DNA of 53,512 nucleotides from Candidatus Woesearchaeota archaeon (GTDB lineage Archaea; Nanobdellota; Nanobdellia; Woesearchaeales; JACPBV01): NCBI GenBank assembly GCA_019323195.1, contig JAHWHQ010000035.1, positions 1 to 53,512 of the forward strand, read 5' to 3'. Shown piece by piece: positions 32,825 to 41,449 of this stretch (position 1 is its first letter; each line of letters starts with the position of its first letter). The notes under the pieces were generated by a model. It saw only the letters and a program-made list of their open reading frames with translations, ran no database searches and was not told where the DNA came from. The position numbers and the translations under genes were made by a program.

Positions 32825-34615
32825 ATGGAAGAACAGATCAAGCCAAAAGCGGACTTTTTGTTCGAAGCAAGCTGGGAGGTGTGCAATAAGGTCGGGGGAA
32901 TAAATACCCTGCTTAAGTCAAAGGCTGCAAGGATTGTGGAGAATTATACTAATGAGAATTACTGCATGATAGGGCCCTATTTCCATAATATGGCCAGCGA
33001 GTTTGAGGAGATGGTGCCAAAGCCGAGGATAAGGAAGGCTTTTGATGAGCTGAAGAAAGACGGGGTGCACTGCCATTACGGAAGATGGCTTATCAAGGGA
33101 GAGCCGTTTACCATCCTTATCGATTTTCCAAGGAACCATGAGACGATCAACTGGCTTAAGAAGGAGATGTGGGAGCATTATAAGATAGATGCGCTAAGGG
33201 CAGCTTATGACTATGACGAGCCTATGCTCTGGGGGTATTATGCAGGGCGCCTTATAGAGCTGCTTATCGACCCTAACAAGAAGACAGTCGCGCATTTCCA
33301 TGAATGGCTGAGCGGGTCTGCACTTCTTTACCTTAAGAGGAATAATGTGAAGGCTGCAACTGTCTTCACTACAAACGCCACTATACTGGGGAGGACACTG
33401 GCGTCGAACAATGTTGATTTCTATTCCATCTGGGAAAAGATAGACAGGCGTGCAGAGATGTACAAGCACTGGATCGAGGCTAAGCATCTTATGGAGGAGG
33501 CAGCAGCAAAGAATGCAGATGTCTTTACTACGGTTAGCGAGATTACAGGGATGGAGTCAGAGCATTTTCTCGGCAGGAAGCCGGACATACTGCTGCTGAA
33601 CGGCCTTGACATGGAGAAGTTCCATACCTTTGAGGGGGCATCTATCGAGCACAGGAAGAAAAGGGAGAAGATAAAGGAATTCCTGCTGTACTACTTTTTT
33701 CCCTATTATTCATTCAACCTGGATGATATACTGTTCTATTTTATCGTAGGAAGGTACGAGTTCAAGGATAAGGGGATTGATGTCTTTATCTCTGCACTGG
33801 GAAAGCTGAACGAGAGGATGAAGAAGGAGAAGGAGAAAAAGACGATAGTTGCCTTTGTGTGGATCCCTGCCAATGTGAGGGGGATAAAGCCTGAAATCAT
33901 CGAGAACAGGACGTTCTTCAAGGACATAAAGGATCTTATGGATGATGAGATAAATGAGATAAAGCAGAGGCTTACATCCCTGATAGTCTCCAGGAGCAGG
34001 ATAAGGGACGAGTCGCTGTTTGATGAGGACAGGCTTATGGAGCTGAAGAAGAAGGTGGCAAGGCTGAAGAGGAAGGGTAATGTTCCGATGGCAACGCATG
34101 AGCTCTATGAGGATAATGACCCTACACTGCAGAGGATGAGGGAGGCAGGGCTTAATAATTTAAAGGATGACCCTGTCAAGGTGATCTTCTATCCTGTCTA
34201 CCTGAGCGGGGCTGACGGCTTATTGGATCTAAGCTATTACGAGGCAATGGCAGGATGCCATCTCGGGGTGTTCCCTTCTTTTTACGAGCCGTGGGGTTAT
34301 ACGCCTTTAGAGGCAGGGGCGCTGGACGTTCCTTCTATTACTACAGACCTGGCAGGGTTCGGAAGGTATATAGAGAAACTGCCCAGGTCAAAGGAGACAG
34401 AGGGGATCTTTGTGCTCAAAAGGTTCGGGAAGAAGGATAATGAGGTTATAGGGCAGCTTACCAACGTGATGTATGATTTCAGCATGCTTTCCAGGCAGGA
34501 CAGGATAGCGAACAAGATGGAGGCAAGAAGGCTGGCTTCCACTGCTGACTGGAAGTTCTTTATCACCAACTACATAAAGGCGCATAACCTTGCTGTCAAG
34601 AAGGTTTTTGGGTAG
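32825..34615 (+). CDS. glycogen synthase, GT3 (eukaryote-like) family
   Basis: N-terminal FEASWEVCNKVGGINTLLKSKA is the GT3 glycogen synthase signature. 596 aa, with the C-terminal SFYEPWGYTPLEA motif. Confidence 0.85.
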   Translation: MEEQIKPKADFLFEASWEVCNKVGGINTLLKSKAARIVENYTNENYCMIGPYFHNMASEFEEMVPKPRIRKAFDELKKDGVHCHYGRWLIKGEPFTILIDFPRNHETINWLKKEMWEHYKIDALRAAYDYDEPMLWGYYAGRLIELLIDPNKKTVAHFHEWLSGSALLYLKRNNVKAATVFTTNATILGRTLASNNVDFYSIWEKIDRRAEMYKHWIEAKHLMEEAAAKNADVFTTVSEITGMESEHFLGRKPDILLLNGLDMEKFHTFEGASIEHRKKREKIKEFLLYYFFPYYSFNLDDILFYFIVGRYEFKDKGIDVFISALGKLNERMKKEKEKKTIVAFVWIPANVRGIKPEIIENRTFFKDIKDLMDDEINEIKQRLTSLIVSRSRIRDESLFDEDRLMELKKKVARLKRKGNVPMATHELYEDNDPTLQRMREAGLNNLKDDPVKVIFYPVYLSGADGLLDLSYYEAMAGCHLGVFPSFYEPWGYTPLEAGALDVPSITTDLAGFGRYIEKLPRSKETEGIFVLKRFGKKDNEVIGQLTNVMYDFSMLSRQDRIANKMEARRLASTADWKFFITNYIKAHNLAVKKVFG

Positions 34616-34728
34616 GGAGTGAAGGGACGGATAGGGTGCTTCTTAGGTGTTTAATTTTAAAAAAGGAAAAATATTTATATAAGTTTATATATCTTATTAT
34701 ATAAATATATATAAGTGGGTTAGTTAAA

Positions 34729-34992
34729 ATGCAAAAATTAGAGGTTATCCATTATCCAAACCTGAAGACAGTATTAATGGTAGAGGAGGTTATAAAAAAA
34801 GCCAATAATCTCATGACACGGGAGCAACTAAAGAAGAAGCTTCCTGTAAAGATAATGCACCAGACATTAAATGTTATATTGAGATACCTGGAAGACAGCG
34901 GTAAAATACTTGATGGAAGAAAGGGCATATTATGGATATATAATCCCAGCCCAAAGTTGGATAAGGCAATAGAAGAAGGTGTTGAGCTATAA
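34729..34992 (+). CDS. putative antitoxin / small wHTH-like protein
   Basis: 87 aa. Its stop overlaps the ATG of the RelE-like gene (TAATG). AT-rich promoter-like sequence upstream. Confidence 0.5.
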   Translation: MQKLEVIHYPNLKTVLMVEEVIKKANNLMTREQLKKKLPVKIMHQTLNVILRYLEDSGKILDGRKGILWIYNPSPKLDKAIEEGVEL

Positions 34993-35369
34993 TGTTTAAG
35001 GGAAAACCTACAAAAGTGATTATCACAGGAAGAGCCAGGGAAGAGTTTGATGACCTAAATGAGGTAGTGGGAGAAGAAATTGCCAAAGGCATTACAAGCA
35101 GCGACCATCAGACATTGCTAAACTCAATAAAGCAGAAGATTGATTTGCTTAAGGTAAATCCTGAGTACGGCATACATATACCTAAAGACAGGGTTCCAAA
35201 AGAATATGTGAGGGATTATGATGTTGGCAATCTCTGGAAGATCAATTTATCCGGAGCCTGGAGGATGATCTATACTATAAGGGGGAGTGAAGTGGAGATA
35301 ATTTCTTTAGTGCTCGATATTATGAATCATAGGGATTATGAGGAAAGATTTAGGTATAAGGGAGGGTAA
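34992..35369 (+). CDS. RelE/ParE-family toxin-like protein
   Basis: C-terminal LWKINLSGAWRMIYTIRGSEVEIISLVLDIMNHRDYEERF fits the RelE/ParE core pattern. Confidence 0.6.
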   Translation: MFKGKPTKVIITGRAREEFDDLNEVVGEEIAKGITSSDHQTLLNSIKQKIDLLKVNPEYGIHIPKDRVPKEYVRDYDVGNLWKINLSGAWRMIYTIRGSEVEIISLVLDIMNHRDYEERFRYKGG

Positions 35370-35371
35370 AA

Positions 35372-36445
35372 ATGAAATCAATAGGCCATGCATGGGTTGC
35401 TTTGATGGCCCTGGAGAGGCTGAAGGCCCCTAAGAAAGATGGGTATATAGGCAGGAATTTCAGGTCGTTTTTTCTCGGCAGTAGCTTTAACCCCTATTAC
35501 AAGGAACAGGCAGAGAGGTTTGTGCAGTTCTTTGACAAGCATAAGGATGCTTTTGTGCAGGGGGCATGGTTTCCTGACAGTGTTATTGCAGATAACCTTA
35601 CAGGAGGGCATACGTTTAAGCTAAGCAGGCCTTCAAATGAGGAAGAGGAGAAAGAGGCGAAGGTGATAGAGAATACCACGCCAGGGCATCTGAGCTGCAG
35701 GAGGCAGTTTGTCGACATCTCAAGGCTTAAGGAGAAGGTCTGTGCAAAGGACAAGTACACGCTTCCTGACAGGTGCGAGGCTTTAAGCCATGCTATAAGG
35801 GACATGATCCTTATACAGAGGCATGAGCCTAAGGGGTCAGACATCATGTTCAATGACGACCAGATAACGCTTTATTTCCTCATGCTGTCGCATTACCTTG
35901 CAGACGCCCATGTTCCTGTGCATTGCGATACAAGGGATTTTTACACGCCGCCAAAGATACACCCTGATATGGAGGGATGCTGGGATGATGAGATAAAGAG
36001 GAATTATCTGTTTGACACTAAAAGGAAGGTCTTTGACTATGGCCTTGACGGCGCTCCGGAGCTTTACCATGATAAGGAAGAGGGGTTTAAGTCGTCTTTT
36101 CTTTATGAGGTCTTGGATGTGCTTAGCAAGAGGGGATGGAACCCTGCTGGCAGCAGATCTAAGTTTCTGGGGAAGGGCAATAAGAAGGTCTATGACTATG
36201 TCAAGGCGGTATGCTTTGATTCCTATCTTGTCTCAACATGGTTCATCCCTGAGCTTAGCAAGGCGGAGTATAAGAAGATAAGGATCCTGAAGGATGAGGA
36301 ATATAAGGAGAAGTTAAGGCGGATGAGCGTCCATGTGCTGGCTGATGCGATCGATTCTATCGCCATGGTATGGCTCCTGACATGGGACAGCTATAACAAG
36401 CTTAAGGAGGAGGCGGACAAGAGGAGGAAGGAGATTAAAGGTTGA
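35372..36445 (+). CDS. S1/P1 nuclease - zinc phospholipase C superfamily-like protein (no signal peptide)
   Basis: N-terminal GHAWVALMALERL (compare WG..GH..VA.IA) and HYLADAHVPVH (compare H(F/Y).GD.HQPLH). The assignment rests on these two motifs only. Confidence 0.5.
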   Translation: MKSIGHAWVALMALERLKAPKKDGYIGRNFRSFFLGSSFNPYYKEQAERFVQFFDKHKDAFVQGAWFPDSVIADNLTGGHTFKLSRPSNEEEEKEAKVIENTTPGHLSCRRQFVDISRLKEKVCAKDKYTLPDRCEALSHAIRDMILIQRHEPKGSDIMFNDDQITLYFLMLSHYLADAHVPVHCDTRDFYTPPKIHPDMEGCWDDEIKRNYLFDTKRKVFDYGLDGAPELYHDKEEGFKSSFLYEVLDVLSKRGWNPAGSRSKFLGKGNKKVYDYVKAVCFDSYLVSTWFIPELSKAEYKKIRILKDEEYKEKLRRMSVHVLADAIDSIAMVWLLTWDSYNKLKEEADKRRKEIKG

Positions 36446-36490
36446 TAGGAATAACATTTAAATATTTGAAGTTAGGAGGATATTAGGATA

Positions 36491-37519
36491 ATGGATTTTA
36501 AGAGGATCTGCACCGTGTTTGGGCTTTGTGTTGCAGTTGTGTTAGTTGTCCTGGTAGTGATGGACAAGCACGGGTTTGCCTCCCTTTTTCTGCTTTTTGT
36601 GTTGACTGTTATCTTACTGCTGATAGGATCCGGAAATAAGATAACTACGCTGGTCCTGGATATATTAAATGGCAAGATAGAGATAAAGGCAGAAGATGCA
36701 GATGTCCAGGATATACATGATAAGGCTGAGAAGGAGATAAGTGAGGATAATGAGTTGTCTTCCGGAATGGCGAGAAGCGGGAAGGACAGGAGGAAAATAC
36801 CTTCTGGAACCAGACAGGTAGCTGCTGTAAGGAAGAGGATGAAGAAAGGGGCGTTAAGGTTTTTTATGGAGCAGGATAAGGACAGGCTTATCTCTTATTT
36901 AATAAATATCGAGAATGCTGTAATAGGCAGGATGGAGAGGCTGTATTCCAGCCCTTTCAGGAAGAAGCTGCTTATCAGCCTGGGCAGCAATAAAAGAATA
37001 TTCTTAGATGCTATTACAGGGTTTGACAATAAGGAGATACTTTTTGAGGTCAAGACCTTAAGGAGCAGGATAGGGGCAGACAGGTTTAAGAGGATTATAG
37101 GAACTTTTGTGAGGAAGGTGGAATCTTATGCTGAGATGAACTCTTCCAAGGATATCTTTGGAAGGCTGGTGGTGGTTCTTGATTACTGTGTTTTTGATGC
37201 TGGATATAGGGAGTATCTTAAGGGGGTGTTTGCTAAATACGCAAAGGGCCAAAGGTATGAGCTGGTATTTGAGGATATGGAGGATTATGCTGAATCTATA
37301 ACAGTGGCTGCAGATGATGCGGAATCATGGAGCATCAGGGGGTTTGCGCTTGGCAGGAACGGGAACTACAAGGATGCGATAAAGGCTTATGATAAGGCTA
37401 TAAGGATCAACCCTAAATATCCTGCAGCATGGCAGAATAAAGGAAAAGCTCTTGATAAGTTAGGCAGGCATAAGGAAGCGAAAGAGGCGTTTGGGAAAGC
37501 GCGGAAGCTTGCTGGCTAG
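36491..37519 (+). CDS. membrane-anchored protein with PD-(D/E)xK-like core and C-terminal TPR repeats
   Basis: Two N-terminal TM helices. FLDAITGFDNKEILFEVKT (D...E.K spacing). C-terminal TPRs: AESWSIRGFALGRNGNYKDAIKAYDKAIRINPKYPAAWQNKGKALDKLGRHKEAKEAF. Confidence 0.6.
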   Translation: MDFKRICTVFGLCVAVVLVVLVVMDKHGFASLFLLFVLTVILLLIGSGNKITTLVLDILNGKIEIKAEDADVQDIHDKAEKEISEDNELSSGMARSGKDRRKIPSGTRQVAAVRKRMKKGALRFFMEQDKDRLISYLINIENAVIGRMERLYSSPFRKKLLISLGSNKRIFLDAITGFDNKEILFEVKTLRSRIGADRFKRIIGTFVRKVESYAEMNSSKDIFGRLVVVLDYCVFDAGYREYLKGVFAKYAKGQRYELVFEDMEDYAESITVAADDAESWSIRGFALGRNGNYKDAIKAYDKAIRINPKYPAAWQNKGKALDKLGRHKEAKEAFGKARKLAG

Positions 37520-37628
37520 GGCATGATTCTTTGGTTTTTTTAGTAATCATCAAGTGATTAAAAAGACCCTGGAAAACAATAAGGTTTTTAAATGGATTCG
37601 GGTTTTCATAGGGAAATAAGGTGAGTTT

Positions 37629-39584
37629 ATGGGAAATAACTTTGATGCTTTACTGAAAGAGGAGTTAAGTATGCCTCAGATTACTGATGATTTGGGTAGT
37701 GCTATTTTACCTCAATTTACTCGTGGTTTGGGCAGTACTATTTTTCAGATTGATAGTTTTGATGCTGTTATTGCTAAGGCTTATGAGCAACATCCGGGTC
37801 TTAAAGAGAGGATTCGAAACATGGTCGGGGTTGATATAGAACCTTATATTGATGGTAACGGCGGAAGCATTCTTCCTCATCTGAAAGGGGTTATAGAAGA
37901 TTGCGGTGGTTTTGATCGTTTTCTTCGTTTTAGAGAATATGAGATGCAAGAAGAGAGAAAGGAGGAAGAGAAGAGATTTTCTAATATACGTTACGAAGGA
38001 TTATCAGAGTACGATGCTGGAAATATAGCTCCTGCAGATCTGTCTGGAGGGGATGTTCCCATTTTTTCCGAACCTCGGGATAATATCCGGCTGGTACATT
38101 ACGATGGCAGATCAGAGCCACTAGACACTAAGACAAGAAGTTATTTATTTTTGACTGAAATGTCAAATAAGCGTCCTTCTCCAGTATTTCTTAAAAAGGC
38201 GGTTAATTATGGTGCATCACATGGGCCTTCCGGACCAAGGAATAAGGTCACCTCGCTAGGTTATGAGGCAGGACCAATGGAGTATGATATCAATAGGCTG
38301 CCATCTAAAGAGTCCATAGGTGAAGGGCTTTTTGTTCCTTCTGATGTTCGTGAGCTTGTTGTTAACAGCAGTATTGAGAAGATTTATGAAAGGAATGAGG
38401 GCCTTAGGGATAAGGTCCAGGCATGTCTCAGATTTGACAGAGATACTATCCGGTCTTTTATTGATGGTGAGGAACATGACTTTTTTGGCCTAAAGGGGAT
38501 TATAGGAGAATTTGGAGGGGCAGAAAATTTTTACAGAGCATTGGATTATGAGAGAGAACAAGACCTGCAGTTAGAAAAAAATATAGCTTCTTTAGAACAG
38601 AAATACGCCAAAGAGGAAGCTTCTGAGTTACCGGCAAAGGATCCAACTCCTGTTATACTGGAGAAACGGGTTGAACCAAGTTTTGAGGAAAGACTAATAG
38701 AACATGAGACAGTAAAACCTGTTTCTAATCTTTTTTCTTCCTTATCTTCTGATGGTTTAAGTAGTATTATCAATGGATATGAGGGTAATGAAGAACCAAT
38801 TGCCTCTGCTTATGAAAATAAAAAGAAGACAGGGAAGAGTCTAAGCGAAACCCTGAATGACATGCTTAAAACACTGGATAGTTGCCTGGAAAAAACAACA
38901 CAGATTAATGATACGTTGGATAGGATCGGATCAAAAAAAGGATTAAATGAACATTCCGCGAACAGTGGTGAAGCTTCTGGCATATCTAAAATTGTTGATG
39001 AGGGAGAATTGGATTCTTCTGTTCAGACTCATTATGTTTCTGATTCTAATTGCAAAGAAAAAGCAAAGGAGGGGATTTATCAGAGGACTGTTAGCCGCCT
39101 TAAGAGAGGCATTGACAGTGCTAAACAATCTTATGGAGGAATTTCTGATGGTGTTCAGAGCAGGATTAAAGGTGCTAAGAACTGGCTTAGCGGTGTAAAA
39201 AGCAGATTTAAGGGATTATATTCTGGAAAAGAGGAAGCACATACTGGCTCATGGAATCTTGAGGAGCAGACTTTTAAGTATGTGAAGCATTTTGTGGGGA
39301 AGTATGGTGAGGGACCCGTGGTGGATAGCTTCTTAAAATATAGGAGGGGTGATGAAAATATTGAACCTGATCTGCGAGAAGCGATTGAACTTTTGGGTGA
39401 TAGGGAGTTTAATCTAGAACTGATCAAGGTTAAGGATGAAAAAGAAGTAATTCCCAGGGAAAAAAGATATATAAATCAAGCAGAAACCACATCATCTGCA
39501 AAGATTCTGAAATTAATTCTAGGGGATTATAGAACTCCTGATTATAAACCTAATGCTAAAGTTCATGCCGTTGCCAGGGGTTAA
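37629..39584 (+). CDS. hypothetical 651-aa protein with internal domain repeats
   Basis: ATG preceded by AAGGTGAG. The segments ...HPGLKERIRNMVGVDIEPYIDGNGGSILPHLKGVIEDCGGFDRFLRFREYE and ...NEGLRDKVQACLRFDRDTIRSFIDGEEHDFFGLKGIIGEFGGAENFYRALDYE are evidently homologous. Confidence 0.6.
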   Translation: MGNNFDALLKEELSMPQITDDLGSAILPQFTRGLGSTIFQIDSFDAVIAKAYEQHPGLKERIRNMVGVDIEPYIDGNGGSILPHLKGVIEDCGGFDRFLRFREYEMQEERKEEEKRFSNIRYEGLSEYDAGNIAPADLSGGDVPIFSEPRDNIRLVHYDGRSEPLDTKTRSYLFLTEMSNKRPSPVFLKKAVNYGASHGPSGPRNKVTSLGYEAGPMEYDINRLPSKESIGEGLFVPSDVRELVVNSSIEKIYERNEGLRDKVQACLRFDRDTIRSFIDGEEHDFFGLKGIIGEFGGAENFYRALDYEREQDLQLEKNIASLEQKYAKEEASELPAKDPTPVILEKRVEPSFEERLIEHETVKPVSNLFSSLSSDGLSSIINGYEGNEEPIASAYENKKKTGKSLSETLNDMLKTLDSCLEKTTQINDTLDRIGSKKGLNEHSANSGEASGISKIVDEGELDSSVQTHYVSDSNCKEKAKEGIYQRTVSRLKRGIDSAKQSYGGISDGVQSRIKGAKNWLSGVKSRFKGLYSGKEEAHTGSWNLEEQTFKYVKHFVGKYGEGPVVDSFLKYRRGDENIEPDLREAIELLGDREFNLELIKVKDEKEVIPREKRYINQAETTSSAKILKLILGDYRTPDYKPNAKVHAVARG

Positions 39585-39663
39585 TCTTTATTGTTCTGGA
39601 TATAATCAGTTCTTAACATATCCGCAAATATTATAAACCTATACTGTAAATATTCTGATAAAA

Positions 39664-41436
39664 GTGAAGGTAATACATTCCATCGGCAGCAAGAGGATAG
39701 AAAAAGAGGTTAAGGATGAGGCCGGCTTTTTGCTAGGCAACAGGATGGGCGGGTATTGCTGGCTTTGCTCCAGTCCAGAAAGCAGGTACCAGGGGGTTTT
39801 CTTTAATGCTGATAACAGGATGTATAAGGTTATCGATGAGATAAGGGTTGATGATACAGCTGTAAGCGCTTTGAGAAATAATTTCTCTGATGTTGAAAGG
39901 AAAAGAGGGGATGTTACTGAAAGGTTCTTTATGCCGCATAACTTTAATTCGCTCGTGTACAGGCTGGATAAGAAAAAAACTGTTGAGATAATCCTTGACA
40001 TAAGGGAGAGCTATTCATCGCCTGAATGGGGCAGGTTTTATGATGTGTATGAGGAGAACGGGAGGATAATAGTAAGGTATAATGAGGGTGGGTTTGAGGC
40101 TTATCTGGTAATCGGCTCTGACCCTGATCATGAGAGGACAGGGCGATGGCTTAAGCGGCATTATTCCTTTGATGAGAAAAGAGGGTCATTGCCTTTTGAG
40201 ATGTATGTCTATTCTGCCCTTAAGATAAGGACAGATAAGATAGTGTTTACCTTTTCACGCAGGAAGGAGGATGCTTTGAAAGAGAATGATGTTGTCCTTA
40301 AGAGGCTGGGAAGCCTTGAGGAGAAGCAGAGGGATTTTTTCAGGAGGATATTAAGAAGCGATGTTTTAGGCAGGATAAACGATAAGGAGCTGTTTTTTGC
40401 CTATCTTTCTGCTGTCAATTCGCTTGAGAATCTTGTTATGGAGAGGGATTCAGGGGTATATGCAGGCTTTCCGTGGTTTTTCCAGTTCTGGACAAGGGAT
40501 GAGCTTATATCATTGAAGGCGTTGCTTTTATCGGGGCATGACAGGCTTGCCAAGGGGATAATCAGGAAGGCAGTTAATGCTGTCATGGAGGACGGGAACC
40601 TGCCTAACCAGCTGCCGTCTTCTGCCCTGAAGGGGGCAGATTCAGTGGGATGGCTGTTCAAGGGTATGGCTGATATGGCAGGGTATGGCAATCTTGAGAA
40701 GCCGAAGGAGAAACTGAAGGAAAAGCTGGCTGGCGTTGTTGAGCTTTTGCTGAAGAACCATACCAGGGACTGCTTTGCTCTAAATGATGGTCTTGAGACA
40801 TGGATGGACACCAGCTATATGGGTGATTCAAGGAAAGGGGCGAGGATAGAGATACAGGCTTTAAGGCTGGGGATGTATAAGCTCATGCACAGGATGACAG
40901 GCGATCCTATGTACCTTAACCTGGAGATCGGGCTTAAGGAGAAGGTGAGGAGGAATATGTGGGATAAGGTTGTGCTGGCTGACGGCTTTGGAGACTTTAC
41001 AGCAAGGCCTAATGTCTTTATCGCTGCATATGCCTATCCTTTTTTGCTGACTGATGATGAGTGGGCGAGATGTTTTGAGAAGATTATTTCCGGATTATGG
41101 GCTGAGTGGGGCGGGCTGGCGACAATAGACAAAAAAAGCCCGCTTTTCATGGGCAGGCATACAGGGCAGGACAATAGGAGCTATCACAGGGGTGATTCAT
41201 GGTTCTGGGTCAATAACCTTGCTGCTTTAGCCCTTTACAGGGTGGATAAGAACAGGTTTAAGGAATATATAGATAAGATATTAAGGGCGTCAGTTGAAGA
41301 GATCCTTTACAAGGGCGCGATAGGGAACGCTTCTGAGGTGAGCTCTGCTGATAAATTAGAGAGCGATGGGTGCGTGTGCCAGGCGTTCAGCAGCGCCATG
41401 TTTATCGAGCTGGTGCATGCTGTTTTTGGGGATTAG
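39664..41436 (+). CDS. glycogen debranching enzyme (amylo-alpha-1,6-glucosidase, archaeal type)
   Basis: Motifs GFPWFFQFWTRDELISL, ETWMDT, GARIEIQAL and YHRGDSWFWVN. GTG start in the track. Confidence 0.85.
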   Translation: MKVIHSIGSKRIEKEVKDEAGFLLGNRMGGYCWLCSSPESRYQGVFFNADNRMYKVIDEIRVDDTAVSALRNNFSDVERKRGDVTERFFMPHNFNSLVYRLDKKKTVEIILDIRESYSSPEWGRFYDVYEENGRIIVRYNEGGFEAYLVIGSDPDHERTGRWLKRHYSFDEKRGSLPFEMYVYSALKIRTDKIVFTFSRRKEDALKENDVVLKRLGSLEEKQRDFFRRILRSDVLGRINDKELFFAYLSAVNSLENLVMERDSGVYAGFPWFFQFWTRDELISLKALLLSGHDRLAKGIIRKAVNAVMEDGNLPNQLPSSALKGADSVGWLFKGMADMAGYGNLEKPKEKLKEKLAGVVELLLKNHTRDCFALNDGLETWMDTSYMGDSRKGARIEIQALRLGMYKLMHRMTGDPMYLNLEIGLKEKVRRNMWDKVVLADGFGDFTARPNVFIAAYAYPFLLTDDEWARCFEKIISGLWAEWGGLATIDKKSPLFMGRHTGQDNRSYHRGDSWFWVNNLAALALYRVDKNRFKEYIDKILRASVEEILYKGAIGNASEVSSADKLESDGCVCQAFSSAMFIELVHAVFGD

Positions 41437-41449
41437 ATTAAGGTTTCAA

